Shown here one piece after another: positions 9,650-23,900 of a stretch of 64,000 bases of DNA. Position 1 is the stretch's first letter; each line of letters opens with the position of its first letter. This stretch comes from Azolla caroliniana (Eukaryota; Plantae; Polypodiophyta). The DNA lies in NCBI GenBank assembly GCA_043228905.1, contig JBHGNT010000011.1, positions 9,176,001 through 9,240,000 of the forward strand, given 5' to 3'. Both the position numbers and the translations under genes were made by a program. Under the pieces are notes generated by a model. That model was not told the origin of the DNA. It saw nothing but the letters and a program-made list of their open reading frames with translations, and searched no databases.

Positions 9650-12600
9650 GTCTAATTTCCTCCCAATCTCTCTCTCTTTTTTTTTTTTGTTTGTCTTTGT
9701 CCCTTCTTTCTTACTTGTAACAGGGGAGGGAAAGCAGAGAGGAGTTTGTGTTTGTTTTTTCTTACTTATATGTAAAAACAGGAAAGAGCAGAGAATTTTG
9801 ATGTTAGATTTTGATGGTATGTGCAGAAGCAGAAACAGCAGAAGAAGGTTGTGGATCCGGTTCAGGTGTTTGCAGAGAAGGTGAGGGATCACAAGGAATT
9901 GGAATCACGATGGGCAGTTCTGCAAGACACTCGCATCGAGTACTTCAAAGGGAAAGACTTTGTGTCCCTCTTGCAAACTCACACTGACCTCAGGCCTTCC
10001 TTCTCTTCTCCTACCCCCACTGCTGCTAACACTAGTGTTGGTGCTAATAATGCGGCCTCTAATAATCACAGCAATCTCAATAATGGTGTGGGCATTGAAT
10101 CTGAAGAGGATCTTGGGAATCTCCTGTTGAAGAGGAAGCTCATCCTTCGATGTGATCGTGTCCTCAAGACACCCAGGCCGGGCAAGACCAAGCTGTCTAA
10201 GTGGCCTGCACGCCTTGAACTCTATCCGGTACACTTTACATATCTCTATTCTCCTTTTCTACACTTTTATCCTTGAATTTTCTGGATTGTCTTTTCAGAT
10301 TAGAGCTTTCCAATGGGCTATGCTAAACGTGTTTATATTTTACTAAAGTTGCAAAAGATGCTGCAAACTCAATTGCATTCACACTAGATGCAGAAATTCT
10401 GCCTTTGTCATGCATGTTTACATTTTACTAAAGTTGCAAAAGCTGCTGCAAACTCAATTGCATTCACAGTAGATGCATAAATTCTGCATTTGTCATGCAG
10501 TGCACACTTTCTTATGAATGCTCTCCAATAATGTATATGGACCTGAATTAGATACTTCCAGGAGTATATTCTTGTACACCGTATATTGCATTTATTAGGT
10601 ATTGCAAAAAACAGGCCTGTTCATTGACTATTCCTTTCACTTTTAATATCTATTATTATGGGCTTCAATGAAGCAATGAGCCAGAAAGTATTTCTGGTTC
10701 ATTTATCAAATGCATACCTTCACATAGTGTAATTTTGGATCCCCAAATTAAATTATCCCAGAAACATAATTATTTGTATGCGCTATCACCTACTATTTGG
10801 AACTGGTGATGTGGTATATCTGTAGTTTTCATATATATTATATATATTCATATATGTTGTAAAATCTTTTTAAATCTCCTTTTTCTCTCTCCATGTTGGG
10901 GCCTTTAATTTATAAATTATGGCACTAGTTTTCTAGAACTAACATTAGAATGGAATATATTAGTCTTGTAAACTGTATTTCAATATTTAATGTTTTAGGA
11001 ATTTGTAACTTCTCTTGTCAGGATCAAACTTTCTCTGTTGATGATGCGTTCTTTGCTTGGACTTTTGAAAGGAGGAGACCATTATGGCAAACTGTGCTCT
11101 CATTCTTTGTTCCAATCATAACCTTGGCATGCTGCTTATTTCCAGTCTTCCCCCATCCATGCAAATTAGTCGTTCTCTATACGTGCTTGACCTTCTTATC
11201 CACCATATTGAGTATTCTTTTCTGTAAGTTGATCTTATTTCTTCTGCAATATATATTATATATAAGAACGTGTTGAAGAAATATCAAAGGAAAATTAATT
11301 GAACCTAAAAATAGCACTATGATCCTTTCTGAAAACGAAATTTATTAGTGAATTCGTTCCTGTTATTCCTAAAGCTGGCATGAATGGAAAAAGCCTCTCT
11401 ACTGTTCTCCCTTGACTTATCATTTGCATCACCATCAAATGATATATAATGTTGGTGGGATTGTTCAGTTTTGCTTTACAGTGAGATTCAAGCATATGAT
11501 GAGGTTAACTTCAAATAATAAATATACTGTAAATCAGATGTGTATAGTAAAGTCTTACTATACTTGGTTCTTTCTCTGTACTTTTGGACAGCAACTCAGA
11601 CTTCTTGTATGTGTAAATATCTGCTTCATCCTTCTAGACTCCCTTACCTTTCCGTTATAATTTATTTTTCTTTTAAACTGCCAGATCATGAGATGTTATA
11701 AGAGCTTTAATGTTCTTCCCCATTATTTGTATTGATGTGAAAAGGATTATATATAACAGATTCTTTTGTCAAGTGGCTTTTGGAACTCTTGATGCATGCC
11801 ATCAGTGTCTTTGGTTCTTCATTTCCTTCACTCATTCAAATTTATCAAGACTTTTCCACTTTTTAATCAAATCTCCTTGCAGCCATCAGTGTCTGCTTTT
11901 GAAAGTATGGGTAACTTCTACTGAAGATTTGGCAAAATAAAAGATACATTTATGTTTGTGTTTTCAAAACGTCCTGTTACAATTGGAAAATATTTTGACA
12001 CACAGGATGAAGGTCGCACTTCCAGCTTTGCTTACATTTTTATTTCTAGCACAGTGGGGGAAAATTTGAGTTGATGCTAATTTATGAGGTCACACCAGAA
12101 GAATATGTTCTAGTATGTGTGACGAATTTGGTATAGAAGTGGAAATTCTTGTTCATCGGACTGTATTAAACACAATGCGTAAATGGGACTGTTCCAAATA
12201 TGCCAAATATTTGAACCTTAAGAATTAAATCTAGGCTCTAATCCCATCAAGTGTGGGTCTTCAGCAATATCTTCTCAGCACTTGGTTCTGTTGAACTGTG
12301 CCTCTTCAGATATTCTGCTGCAACCACTTTTCTAATTGTGGGATGAAGATCCCGTTTTAGTTATTTTTAATCATGGCACAAACCTGCTGTAGGGTCGTGT
12401 AATAGGTACAATTTAGAATTTCTGATTTTTAAAAGAAAAAAATCTCAAGCTGATCAATACAAGGTGCTTGTACAGCATCTTTCCTTGTGCTTAGAAGGTA
12501 TATAGGATCACATTTCGACAGAAATTGGGGTTTCTGGAACAAGCTGATGCTATTTGTGATTGCTAGCTTTGTCATTGCGGATTTATGCTAAGAATCATTG

Positions 12601-15600
12601 CAAGACCCTAGTTTTGAACTAACAGATTCCTCATACAAGTTTTGATGGGCTCATACTATACATTATTCCGTGTGCTGGAGATGTTAAAACATATGCCCTT
12701 TTATTTTTCCCTTGTTGGAGGTTAGCAGTAAGCCACATTCTATTAACCTGCATTTAAGTTGTGACATGCAAGGTCACCTATTTACTGGATGGCTGTGTGG
12801 GTTACTGGAGCTTCCAGCATACTAGGAGAGAGTATATTGACTATGTTTGGACATTTCCTCTCTAACATTACTCTTTTGTCTCTCTAAACTGAATTAAAAA
12901 TTTAAACAAACTAGAGGGTTGTTCAAATAATGCTGCCAATTGCAGCCTCTTTAAACAGCAGATCTTAGCGTTGACTCATTTGCTGACCAGTAACTGACAG
13001 TGAGTTACTTTACAATTGGATGCATGTGTTGATCCACACACATGAATTACTGACCACATGCCAATCCTGCGGTCTACAGGTTGTGGCTCCTTTTGGTCTG
13101 TTTACTATTGGCTGTTTGACCATTTCAGATTTTCCTACAGTGTGATCCTGCCTGATTTATTTGGACATTTCTTCTGAACATTACTTCATCTCTCTAATAG
13201 TTTTCATCAAACTAGTTGGGGGTTTGAATAATGTGGGTCTCTCATGCTGCCAAGAGCCACCTCTTTGAAAAGCATATCTTAATGGTGACTTATAACTTGC
13301 AGTGAATCACTTTACAATTGGATGTATACACATGCACACACATGAATTGCTGACCACATGCCAAACCTGCAGCCTGCTAGTTGCGGCTCATTTGGCCTAT
13401 AGACAATCGGCTGTTTGGCTATTTCCTTGTGTGGTGGGTAGCAATCAAAGGCTAAGTACCTGTTGTATTTCCATTTTCCCTCCTCGATCAAGCGTTTGAT
13501 CCAGGCATCTCTGTAAGACGTGACACTCCTGATCCCATTCCGACCTCAATATGTAAAAATAGTTTTCTGGCAAATGTATTGATAATTTTTGGGAGATGTG
13601 GTTCGACGTGGTCCAACAGCCCGGACCATTTCAAATTGTATATGCGATTGCCTAAAGGTCAGATGCGAATCTGATATCAGCCCCTCCCTAGTTGCACAAC
13701 ACATGTATTCCTTACCAGCCTATGCATTTATAGTAATCTATGGATGTGAAGTCAGATTAGAACGTTAAACACGCAATACCAATGATGCATAAATCCCTGG
13801 TTGGCAAGCATTATTGGAAAGTCTGGTGCTCAACTCTTATGCTCGAGAGAGCTAGGGAACTTGTCAGGGAAATCTAAAGTGTTTAGTTAACAAGACACTA
13901 AGAAAGGAGGAAGGACGAAGCCCTTCTTGCTTGCTGTGGATTGCACTAACTTCGTATTGCACATGGAAAGAGTAACTCAAAACCATAAACGAAAAAACAG
14001 AGGATGGAGGGTCATTTGGTAGACTTTTTCGTTGAAACAATGAATCCTCTGTCCAAGTACTAACGAAGGTTATTGGGCTTCACTTTGTCTTGGTTTTAAG
14101 CAGCCATAGATGACTGGCTATTGCAGAATGTGCATTGAAATTTTTTACTGTGTTTGGTATGTTCCAACTCCTAATGCATCAAAAAGAATGCATTGGGTGG
14201 ATGCCTGGGCATTGAGAAGTAAGGACACTTCCAAACGCGAAGGCCATGGGGAGATATCATCTGTGATCCGTGGGTTTCCTATCTGGAAACTGTATCCAAG
14301 CTTGGTGGGCATGCTGTCTGCTGCAGCTCTGCATTGGACTTGAGAAACTTAGGGAACTGAAACATCATTGTACTAAAGGAAAGACAATCAACTGAGACTT
14401 CGTTAGTAGCGGTAAACAGGCAAAGGAAAAGGAAGGGACCCACTTCCCTGGTTCCATGTGAGGGAGAATTTACAGTAGAGCAAAGGGTGGGAACCCTTCC
14501 ACAAAGAATTCTGGAAAGGTTGTATAATCTGAGAAGTTGATAGCCCTGTAGATCTTTCCTGGCAAATTTGATTACCATTACAAAACATGGATAATACTGT
14601 TTGAGTAATGATCACTTTACCTGACTAAGGGGGTCTCCCATACAGTTTGGTCATACAGCTAAGCTTGATTTTTCTGATCCCCTTGAGGACACCCAGTTGT
14701 AAGCAGTTTCCTATGTCATTGCCTCTCTGCACCACACTAACCAACATTGGATACCATGTTTCCTCACCATCCCTCATCCCATGCATAGTAGCTATATGCA
14801 TCATGCATAAAACCATCTAAGAATGTGGCCATTGCTATGGGGCATCGTCTTCCAAACTGAGAGTTTTATTCTCCATACCTTTTCCAATCCTTCGGTATTA
14901 GGAGAGCAAGAACTTCGACAACCTTTTCTGATCTTATGAAACTTAGCATCTGGAAATATGCTTTAAAATTTTCAAATTTCTTTCTGCTTCTATTATTCAA
15001 ATCAATGATTGGTTGGATTTCTCGTCCATCTTGAGCCTTGAGAATCAATGTTGATGATCTTCTATCACAAACATTTGATTAATGAGCTCTGTAGCTAAAT
15101 ACATTTCCTTATTGAAATAATTTGATTGGATTGAACTACCACTTCAGATGGGCATTAGAGGATGATTAGAAGTGGCAGGCATGAGACTATCCACTCTTTA
15201 GTCGCATTTGATAGTTATGGTCCAATAGGTGAAGAGATTTCTCCTGAGTAGATACAATTCAGCTACCACTATTGATGAGGAAATTTGCATCATAGAGCCA
15301 CAACCTTTCCCTTCTACAAGTTTTTAGTCTAACAGGTGGAAGTTTTTGCTTGAAGGGACAAGATCATGGAACTTTTGAGGAATGGGATCTGATTCATTCT
15401 TATGATCCACAATCCTACATTTAAGATTGCTGGTGAGGTATGCAACATATATCACTGGAATTGCAAGCAACACAACTCAAGAGGAGGAAATTTAATAAAT
15501 TGTTCACACTTTCTTGCATACATTTGGAAATGCAGCAAAAGAAACCCAGACACTAATTGTGATCAATTGCTGAATTAGTAGGAAAGTTGTTGACCATATA

Positions 15601-17099
15601 CTAAAGAAAAACCAACTCTAATACTGAGGCTTAAATTCTGTCACCCAAAGTTGAAGAAAAGAATAAATACGTCACTATAACACCATACTCGGGAATGAGA
15701 CCTAAGAAAGGTTACTAGTTTATGTTAACTCGCCTATGGTTGGGATGCTTACTTGTACACAATGGGAGTGCCCTTAGTGGTATCAGTGCAGCAGTAATCT
15801 TTTGAAGTTCTCTGCCTACGTGGATTTTGTGAGTTTTGGCTCTGCTCCTGAAGAGGCCCTTTCTATATCCTATTATGTCCTCCTGAACGAAGAGACATCT
15901 TTTGAACACTGCTCTACGAGGAGCTCATAATTCTATATGAAAGAGGCAATAATCCCTTCTGCTGAAATCTGAGACAAGTAAATGAAACATTTGTCAATTG
16001 TATGATTTTATTATGTTCAACTTAGTTTGATCTGAAGTCTCAGAATCAGTGGTTTCAAGGATTTGGGTGTGTATGCCATATGACATGTGTTTGTATATAT
16101 ATGTCCAGTTGAAATGAAGAGTCCTGGTATAGACATTTCAGAGATGACCGATATGACTGCCGTATTGCCATGACTATAGTATCATGACTGTAGATAACTA
16201 TGATATGATTTTCACTCTATTGCTTGCCTCCACATTGTTTAGAGTACTTTTTCTTGATATAGGGTGCCAATGTTCAATATAACTATGCCATATTGGCATG
16301 ACTATATCATAACTGAAGATAAGTATGTTTGATTTGATTTTCACTCTATTGCTTGCCTCCACATTGTTTAGAGTACTTATTTTTCTTGATATAGGATGGG
16401 TTCATGGTTCCAAATGTGTTTAATACCTATATTCAAATGGACATACCACTCATTTCTGGTGCTTTCTTCCCAATGTGATGTTTTGACTGACAGTGCGATT
16501 TGCTCTCTTTGGCGTGATATGGGTGCTACTTGGGAAGCGAATCTGGTTTTTTCCTAACATACTTGCTGAGGAGGCATCTTTCAAGGAATTGCTTCGATTC
16601 TGGCCTGAACCGAATAAAGAGGATGAGAAGCCTCCAAAATGGACCTCCCGACTTGCGTTTGCTCTAGTTTTAGGCCTGGTCACATGGTTTTGCATTCATT
16701 ATGCACCTGATGAAGCAGCTCGAACGAGGTTTGTTTCAATTCGCATTGCATTTTTACCCCTTTTATCTTTTCATTTTTGAAGCCTTGATTATTACACATT
16801 TTGTTTAATTCAGGTATCAAAAGAAAGTATCAAATATCATCGATGATGTTCTAGAGTGGTCTCCAAAATTGGCCTTGTCTGGAAAGCAAGCAGATATTCC
16901 GATTGCTCAAAATGATACAAATATGACTGTGACATCTGATAGTGGTGTGGAGGAGTCGCCGCTTGGAGTTTCAAATGATGCACCGACACCAAAGGGGGAG
17001 TTAAATGCTGATACCTACGAGATACCCGATGAAGTTGATGGTGCCGAATCTTCTTCAGAGGGGATTCATACGCCACAGTTTACTATCAACCATGAATAA
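9608..17099 (+). CDS. SEC62: Translocation protein SEC62; join(9608..9649,9827..10228,11022..11223,16494..16728,16814..17099), about 388 aa
   Basis: Plant SEC62 motifs FAEKVRDHK.LESRWAV, EYFKGKDF, RCDRV.KT.RPGK.KLS.WPA.LE, DAFFAWTFE.R.PLWQT, KRIWFFPNILAEEA, PPKWTSRL, APDEAAR.RYQ...SNIIDDVLEWSPKLALSG. All introns are GT-AG with consistent phase, total 1167 nt. Confidence 0.95.
9827..10228 (+). CDS. SEC62: SEC62 coding exon 2
   Basis: Acceptor TGCAG ends at 9826, donor GT at 10229. Conserved cytosolic N-terminal domain. Confidence 0.92.
10338..10500. repeat. About 84-bp tandem duplication in SEC62 intron 2
   Basis: TTTACTAAAGTTGCAAAAG.TGCTGCAAACTCAATTGCATTCACA.TAGATGCA.AAATTCTGC.TTTGTCATGCA occurs twice. 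Confidence 0.85.
11022..11223 (+). CDS. SEC62: SEC62 coding exon 3 (transmembrane region)
   Basis: TGTCAG acceptor, GTAAG donor at 11224. Encodes DQTFSVDDAFFAWTFERRRPLWQ... Confidence 0.93.
12847..13430. repeat. Diverged direct duplication of about 300 bp in SEC62 intron 3
   Basis: Shared blocks TTGGACATTTC, ACTTTACAATTGGATG and CACACATGAATT.CTGACCACATGCCAA at about 12850-13120 and 13160-13430. Confidence 0.75.
16165..16395. repeat. About 128-bp tandem duplication in SEC62 intron 3
   Basis: GATTTTCACTCTATTGCTTGCCTCCACATTGTTTAGAGTACTT occurs at about 16207 and 16336. Confidence 0.85.
16494..16728 (+). CDS. SEC62: SEC62 coding exon 4
   Basis: CTGACAG acceptor, GT at 16729. Encodes RFALFGVIWVLLGKRIWFFPNIL...APDEAAR. 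Confidence 0.93.
16814..17099 (+). CDS. SEC62: SEC62 coding exon 5 with acidic tail
   Basis: TTCAG acceptor. Encodes YQKKVSNIIDDVLEWSPKLALSG... and ends at TAA 17097-17099. Confidence 0.92.
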
Positions 17100-18742
17100 T
17101 TCCCTATAATGATGTTCTGTTCCTTGTCTTATGATGAAGCTGATGGATGAATAAAGATGAGCTTCATGGCTGTAAACCCAGTTCCTTGTAATGGTGTTCT
17201 GCATATTAAAATGATGTCTGTGAATGTTTATAGACTTAGCTGCATGGACATGAACCCATTCACCATTGGTTCCACGATATGAGTGTTGTGAACACATTGT
17301 AACTGATCTTGTTGATCTCGCTTATCGTTGTACTTGTTAGATCTCTTTGAGGTAAGAGAAAGCTAGGAAATGATGGAATTGCATATATGTTTTGGCTTAG
17401 TAAAGCATATAATACTCTTTTCAGAGATGTTTTACATATTGAGAATATATTAATTCTCTTATGGAGTGAGCCTCCAATCAGTGATTTGCCATGTTTTAAG
17501 ACATTAACACAGATTTTTCAAGTAAACGTAATCCAACGTTAGTTATTGGGTTCATAATTTGATCATTTATTTTTATCTAGAGTTAATTGATCTATCCTGC
17601 AATTGATGTGATTTAAGGGTTACATCATGCAAACCTCTTTCCATTGTTACTATTGGAGTTGGGGTTTCAACATATAGATAAAATGGTTCGAGCATGTAAG
17701 TTGTGGATGCACCATATTGTGTTGTGTGCTAAAAGATTTGCATTACAGTACTCCATACATACGGTAATCTTTATATCTTATGTTGAGTATCTTGGGAATA
17801 TTGTGGTACCTTTCTACCACCGTTTGAGCAAATGCAAAGCTTCATTTTCTGGTGTACCTTAGTCTCTTTGTGCCACCTTTTTAGCAAGAGCACTATGCAT
17901 GCATTAGTTGGTAGCCAAACCAACCCAAATGGGTATCTTTGTATCAACTATAAGTTAAACAGGAAGTAAGAAGCAAGATAGTTTAGTTCGGATCTTTCTA
18001 TGTGCATTTCATATATTGGTGGAGAAGCAGGGTATAATCTCAGTCGCTAGCCCATCGCCTCGTTCATGGCCTCCCAACTCCTTCCTGTGGCCTCAGAAAA
18101 CAAATACCCTTATGCAACTTGAGTTCTTGCAACCTCACGAGTGTCCACCACACTTCCAAATGAAGTAGCTCCTGCAAGTCCCTTTCAACGCCATGATTCA
18201 AATCAGCCACACGAATCAAGCTATCTCTCGTTCCTCTTCGCCAACTCCGAACGGTCTCATGATCAGCTTAATTCTTAGGTCTACCCAAAGTCCTTCGGCC
18301 TACCCTATAAGCATGTATTAACTTGGCAAGCCCACTTCAAAATGATCTCTAGTTACCACCAATGGTCCAACGTGTGGAAAGCCTTGGAAGTTCCCACCCT
18401 CTTGAAGAACGTCACCGCCATCTAGTTCATGCAGCAACCAAGTGAAGTGAAAGAGAACTAGGTGATCTTCTCGTGCAAAACTTTGCCCATCAAAATTTAG
18501 CACTGATGGCATTGCAACAAGAAGCACACGAACCAATTGTCTGATTAAATCAACTCCTCGTTCACGCCAATCCTACAATGCCCGAGCATGTCAAGCTTTT
18601 CTTCTTGTGGCCCCGATTGCACCATGACATCACTTGTCGTGCCTGAGGCCATCCTCATCGCCCAACGCATCAAAGCTTACATGCAATCTGACTCCCAACC
18701 ACATTGGTTCCCTCCACTATCAAATGACTAGCAACCTAGTAC

Positions 18743-20951
18743 CAGGGAACCGAATTGAATCATTTAAAAAGAAAGAGAAACCAAACCGTTTACCAAAAAT
18801 TTAGAACCAAACCAAACTAGTTTACCATAAATCAAAACGAAATAGGTTCATCATAGAACAAGGCCAAACCAGTTTCACATAAATCAAAAGCAAACTAGTT
18901 TCACAGAATGATAATAAATAGAAATTTACACCATTGTATTTTTTGAACATTACCAATAATAAACAAAAATTTACTACTCATTTTCTGAAAATTACCAATT
19001 TGTGGAGAGATAAGATATGGCATAAAAAACTAAATGTTTTTTGGAATGATAGCAAAAGGCTTGAAATCCTAGAACTTAAGAATAACAATTGATATAATAA
19101 AGTTCAAACTTCAAATGGAGCATTTTCAAAATTCATTTATGTAAACAAATGATCGTCTTTTTGTTTCTAATGTTTACTTTAAGTCTAAATTAAGGATTCT
19201 TGAAAGTATAAAACATGTAAGAAGTAAATAATTATTAATAAAATTTTTAAAGAATCAAATAAAATACAAAATAGTAAAAAGTGTGAAGTAAAAATTACGA
19301 GGCCTTCGAGGATCTCCAGTTGCAACTGCCATTGTCATTAACTTGTGACGAATCAATTGTTCCTGTATGTATAAAATACATAAAACAAGTAAGTAATTAG
19401 TTATAAAAATAATAATTAAAGGCTCAAGTAAAAAACAAAATAGTAAAAAGTATGCACACCTTATTTTCCATTGACCATCATGTAATATGTAGTCTATTAC
19501 CTCGTTTTCACCAACAAGGTCATCCAAATTCATTGTTAGTTCTTCATAAGTAGTGTGAAAACTATCTGTCAACCAAACATTAAATTCTTGTAAAATATCC
19601 ATCCATGATCGAATACATATTTCAACTTTGAATGTGCATGAATGAACTTTGATCCTGTTACCAAAGGTCATTTTTGCTATTGAATTAGCCTCTTTTGCAA
19701 GTACTGCTGATGTTGGTACAACGAGGTAATTGCATGGCATCCTATATAGTTGTGGCATTGCGGATTTATTATCATTCCACCATTGTAAAGGATCCTTGCC
19801 TATGCCATCCAAAGGAAGTCTTATAAAGTGCTAAATTTCTAATCATGAATTAGAAGAAGAATTTTACTATTTACACCCATCAACCTCCAAATTTTAGAGT
19901 TATTATCATTTGGAGGTATTGTGGTTGAAGCTGAAGGTGGTTCGACATGACTCGAGAGCGAGTGGTAATGGGATGCAATCATGCTTTCAACCAACTTAAT
20001 ATCTAACCTCTTTTTGTATGGTCATTTGGAAGAGGCAATCTATGTAACAAATAAAAATAGTTTAAACTCAAATAAAAAATCAGCAAGCATGATGACAATT
20101 GTAAGACATAAAGGTAAGCATTACCTGAGATCAAGAAACATTGCTATGCGAGATGGAATAGACTTTAGCGATTCTTGATTCTTAATTAAATATTGTAAGC
20201 AGTTCTCAGACGCTCTTTGAAGCACCTCTTGTGTGAATCTAGATGATCCTGGAAGTGAAGAATCTGAAAATTGATTACCTAATATACATGAATTTGGTTT
20301 GGATCACCTGATAGACAATGCTTTTCTACTAAATGCTTTGCTATAGGACCCGTGGATGTTGTAGAAGACTAACAAACAGGACAATGATGGCATTGTTGTC
20401 GAGGTGTGCCATTATCTGTATAAAATATGATGTGAGCATCTGTCCATGATGTGTGTTGCCTTTTTCTTGAGGTATTTTCAGCCCATGGCTAACATTAATT
20501 GAAGATGACTCCATTGTTGCATGAGTTTGAGATGATGATTCCATTTAATGTTGTTCCTATAAAACTCAATCAACTCATATCAATCACTCAAATAACACAT
20601 ATAGTTACTCAGATTCTTTCGAGGATTGCTCTAGGACATTTGGGGAAATTAAGAACTAACAACCATATTTTGACAAACATATGTAAGTGTGCATGCACTA
20701 AATCATAATTCTACATGGCTAGGCCAATTTGGAAAATAGAGTTGGATAAGAAGAGTTTGGGCCTTAAGAACACAAACATCCCTTATAACTCGGTTGAAGT
20801 TCCACCAAATCAAGTCATCAGAGTGGTAATATCAAAGACTTTCGTTTGGACAAAATCAAGAACAATTAGGTCAGTTTTTCACTTTACTGTTTGACTATTT
20901 ATAATGTTGGAATATAGTTTTCCCTAGTGTAGAAGTCACGTATTGGATATA
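18743..20951 (-). mobile_element. Degraded hAT transposon (BED finger and dimerization-domain remnants); continues after the Copia insertion to about 26500
   Basis: Minus-strand KDPLQWW...PQLYRM..NYLVVPTSAV (hAT dimerization domain, about 19500-19810). Minus-strand SWTDAH...QCHHCPVC*SSTTSTGPIAKHLVEKH (BED, about 20318-20455). AAACC-rich subterminal region at 18743-18910. Confidence 0.75.
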
Positions 20952-23900
20952 TGTTGGGATTTCGGTCCCTCTGGATGGGATCTTGAGAACAGGATGTAGA
21001 AGACCCGGTGAGAACCGGATGTAAAAGATCCGGTGAGAACCGAATGTAGAAGACATATCTGTAAATATGTTTTTGAGTAAGCCCATTGAGGCTATATTTG
21101 TAAATAGCCCTAAGTTCATATAAGTATAAATATGACTTAGGGCAATCACTTTAGGTGTGTTGTTATTGTTGTTGTAACTGTTGTATAGAGAGAGCGAGAG
21201 ATAGATAGATAGATAGAGAGAGATATGAAATATATAATAGAGAGGTGAGGAAATTGGGTTTCGAACCCAAGACACAATGCTTGTAGTGTTATCGACTTAC
21301 CACTAGGGTAAGGTAATTACGATAAGAGAGAGAGAGAGAGAGACTTTGTTGTAACCGCTGCCTGGCGAAGAAACCGAGCTCGAGGTCGCTGCCTACGAGT
21401 CTCTGATTGTACCCCTTCTCTTCATAGTGATAGTTCGGAGTCTATGGGCTCCCGTGGTTTTTCCCATTTAGGGTTTTCCACGTAAACATCCTGTGTACTC
21501 TCTTTTGTGTGTACGTCAATTCCCATTCCTGTGTTGCACTCTTATCGAAGTGATTCAAGACTCGGTTGTGGCCGAGCAGTATTCCGCGCTATTCTCTTCA
21601 ATCTGGTATCAAAGAGAACAACATAGAAAATGGAAGAATCGTTCGGCGGCATGTTCAAGCTCACCGGCTTCAACTACTCAGTGTGGAAGTCGAAGATGCA
21701 GGATATGCTGGTGGTCAAAGATCTTTGGTTGCCGGTTTAGTTCGGGGACAAGAGACTGGATAAGATCGACGCCACAGTGTGGGAGGTGATGCACATGAAG
21801 ACGACGACATACATCCGGTGCTTCATCGACATGAGCCTGTACAACAACTTCAATGAAGAAAGTAAGGCCCATGAACTCTGGGAGAAGATCGACATCATAT
21901 TCTAGAACAAGAATGTTGTTAATCGGGTTTCGGTATTCCGGAAACTAGTGAGGTTCCGGTACCAAGATGGCTCCAGTATGGCCGAGCACATGAATGCCTT
22001 CCAGGAGCTAATACATCAAGCAAACTCGTTGGAAGTACCTCTCGCCAATGAGGTACTTGCATTGCTCCTGCTCGGTTCCCTCCCGGATAGCTGGGAGACG
22101 TTAGTTGTCACGTTGGGCAACGCTGGGCCGGAAGGGAAACAACTATCCCTAGCCAGACTCAAGTCGAGCTTGCTAGATGAGGAGGCGCATCGGAAAGACA
22201 AAGAGGTGATCTCCGACGCCAAAGCCCTCCTTACCGAATTGGAACGCGGAAGACAAAGGAATCGGAGTCCCCAGAACTGGGAAAAGTCGGGGACGCGGTC
22301 AAAGTCAAGGGGGAGGCCCACTTGCTTCTATTGCGGCAAGTCGGGGCACTTCAAGAAGAACTGTCGGCATTTCCGAAAAGACAAGAGAACTGGCAGTACC
22401 GATTTGAAGAAGTCACCAGACCGAAATGGTTCGGATCGGCGAGGCCTGGACAGGAAGGGAACAACAACGATCGCGGCAAGTGAAGAAGAACTAATGCTCA
22501 TCACCGAGGAGAGTGAGTTGAACCTTGCCGACGACGAGACAACGTGGGTTGTCGATTCCGGAGCGTCGTTCCACCTTACCCCATACTGGAAATGCTTCTC
22601 ATCTTACATAGTCGGTGAGCACGACTGTGTTTGGATGGGGAATGAAGGTACATGCCGAATTGTCGGCATAGGCGATGTGTGGTTGACGACACCAACCAGA
22701 TGCAAGTTGCTGCTAAAGGATGTCCGACACGTTTCGGAGGTTCGACTGAACCTAATATTAGCCGGTCGGCTAGACGGGTAACATCCGGAAAGGATTCATG
22801 AAGTTCAACAAGGGGAGCCTAATAGTGGCTTGGGCCCGGAAGATCAACACACTGTACTTGATGAATGCCCGTATATGCTGGGAAGAAGAAGTGAATGTAG
22901 CATCCGACACTACCGGTGAGCTGTCGCACAAAAGATTGTGTCACATGAGTGAGAAGGGGATGAAGAGGCTTGCCGAAGACAACCTCATTCCGGTGAAGGA
23001 AGTGCAACTTGAGAAGTGCACCAATTGCTTGGCCGGCAAGCAAAACCGAACCTCCTTCCGATCAAGGCCACCGATGAGGCGGAATGCACCACTGGAGCTG
23101 GTGCATACCGATGTGTGTCAAGTGGACATGAAGTCACATGCCAGATCGTAGTACTTTGTGACGTTCATAGATGACCACAACTGGAAGCTGTGGGTCTCAC
23201 CATTGAAGATGAAGGATCAGGTTCTATTCGTCTTCAAGGAGCTCCACGCGAGAGTGGAAAGAGAAACCGGCTGGAAGCTGAAGGCGGTTCAAGCAGATAA
23301 CGGAGGAGAATACCGGGGGCAAATTGAGGAGTACTGCCAATCGAAGGGAATCCGGCTCAAATTCACCATGCCGAAGACGCCGGAACTAAACGGGTTGGCC
23401 GAAAGGATGAACCAGACCATAATGGAGAGAGTCCGGAGCATGCTCGCACATGCAAAGTTACCCAAGACGTTTTGGGTTGAGGCGCTGACGACAACAACCT
23501 ATGTGATAAATAGATCACCCTTAGCACCCTTGGAAGGAGACTCACCTCAGAAAGTATGGACTGGTAAAGATGTCTCTTACCGGCATCTGAAGGTGTTCGG
23601 GTGTCTCGCATACGTGCATGTGGCGAAGGAAAGGAGAGCAAAGTTGGATCCTTAGTCTAGGCCATGCATATTCCTTAGATACGACGACGATGAGTTCGGT
23701 TACCGGGTGTGGGATCTGGTCGACAAGAAGGTGTTCCGGAGTCGGGACATAGTCTTCATGGAAGACAGGACCATTGCCGACTGGGAGTCGGAGAAGAAGA
23801 TGACCAACTCCAGATCATCTAATGAAAACCAGCTTGAGGACCCAAGGACCTACCCGGTTGAAAGTCGGATGTTAGCTGGTAACCAGATGACACTCGACGA

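Noticed and set aside
13500-16000. Possible gene or retroelement inside SEC62 intron 3 (MTGYCR resembles an RT motif)
   Set aside because: No second supporting motif or continuous frame. It may be very old TE debris and needs a translated search.
17005-17099. ATG8-interacting (LIR/AIM) motif in the SEC62 acidic tail
   Set aside because: YEIP and FTIN do not fit W/F/Y-x-x-L/I/V, so it cannot be supported from the sequence alone.
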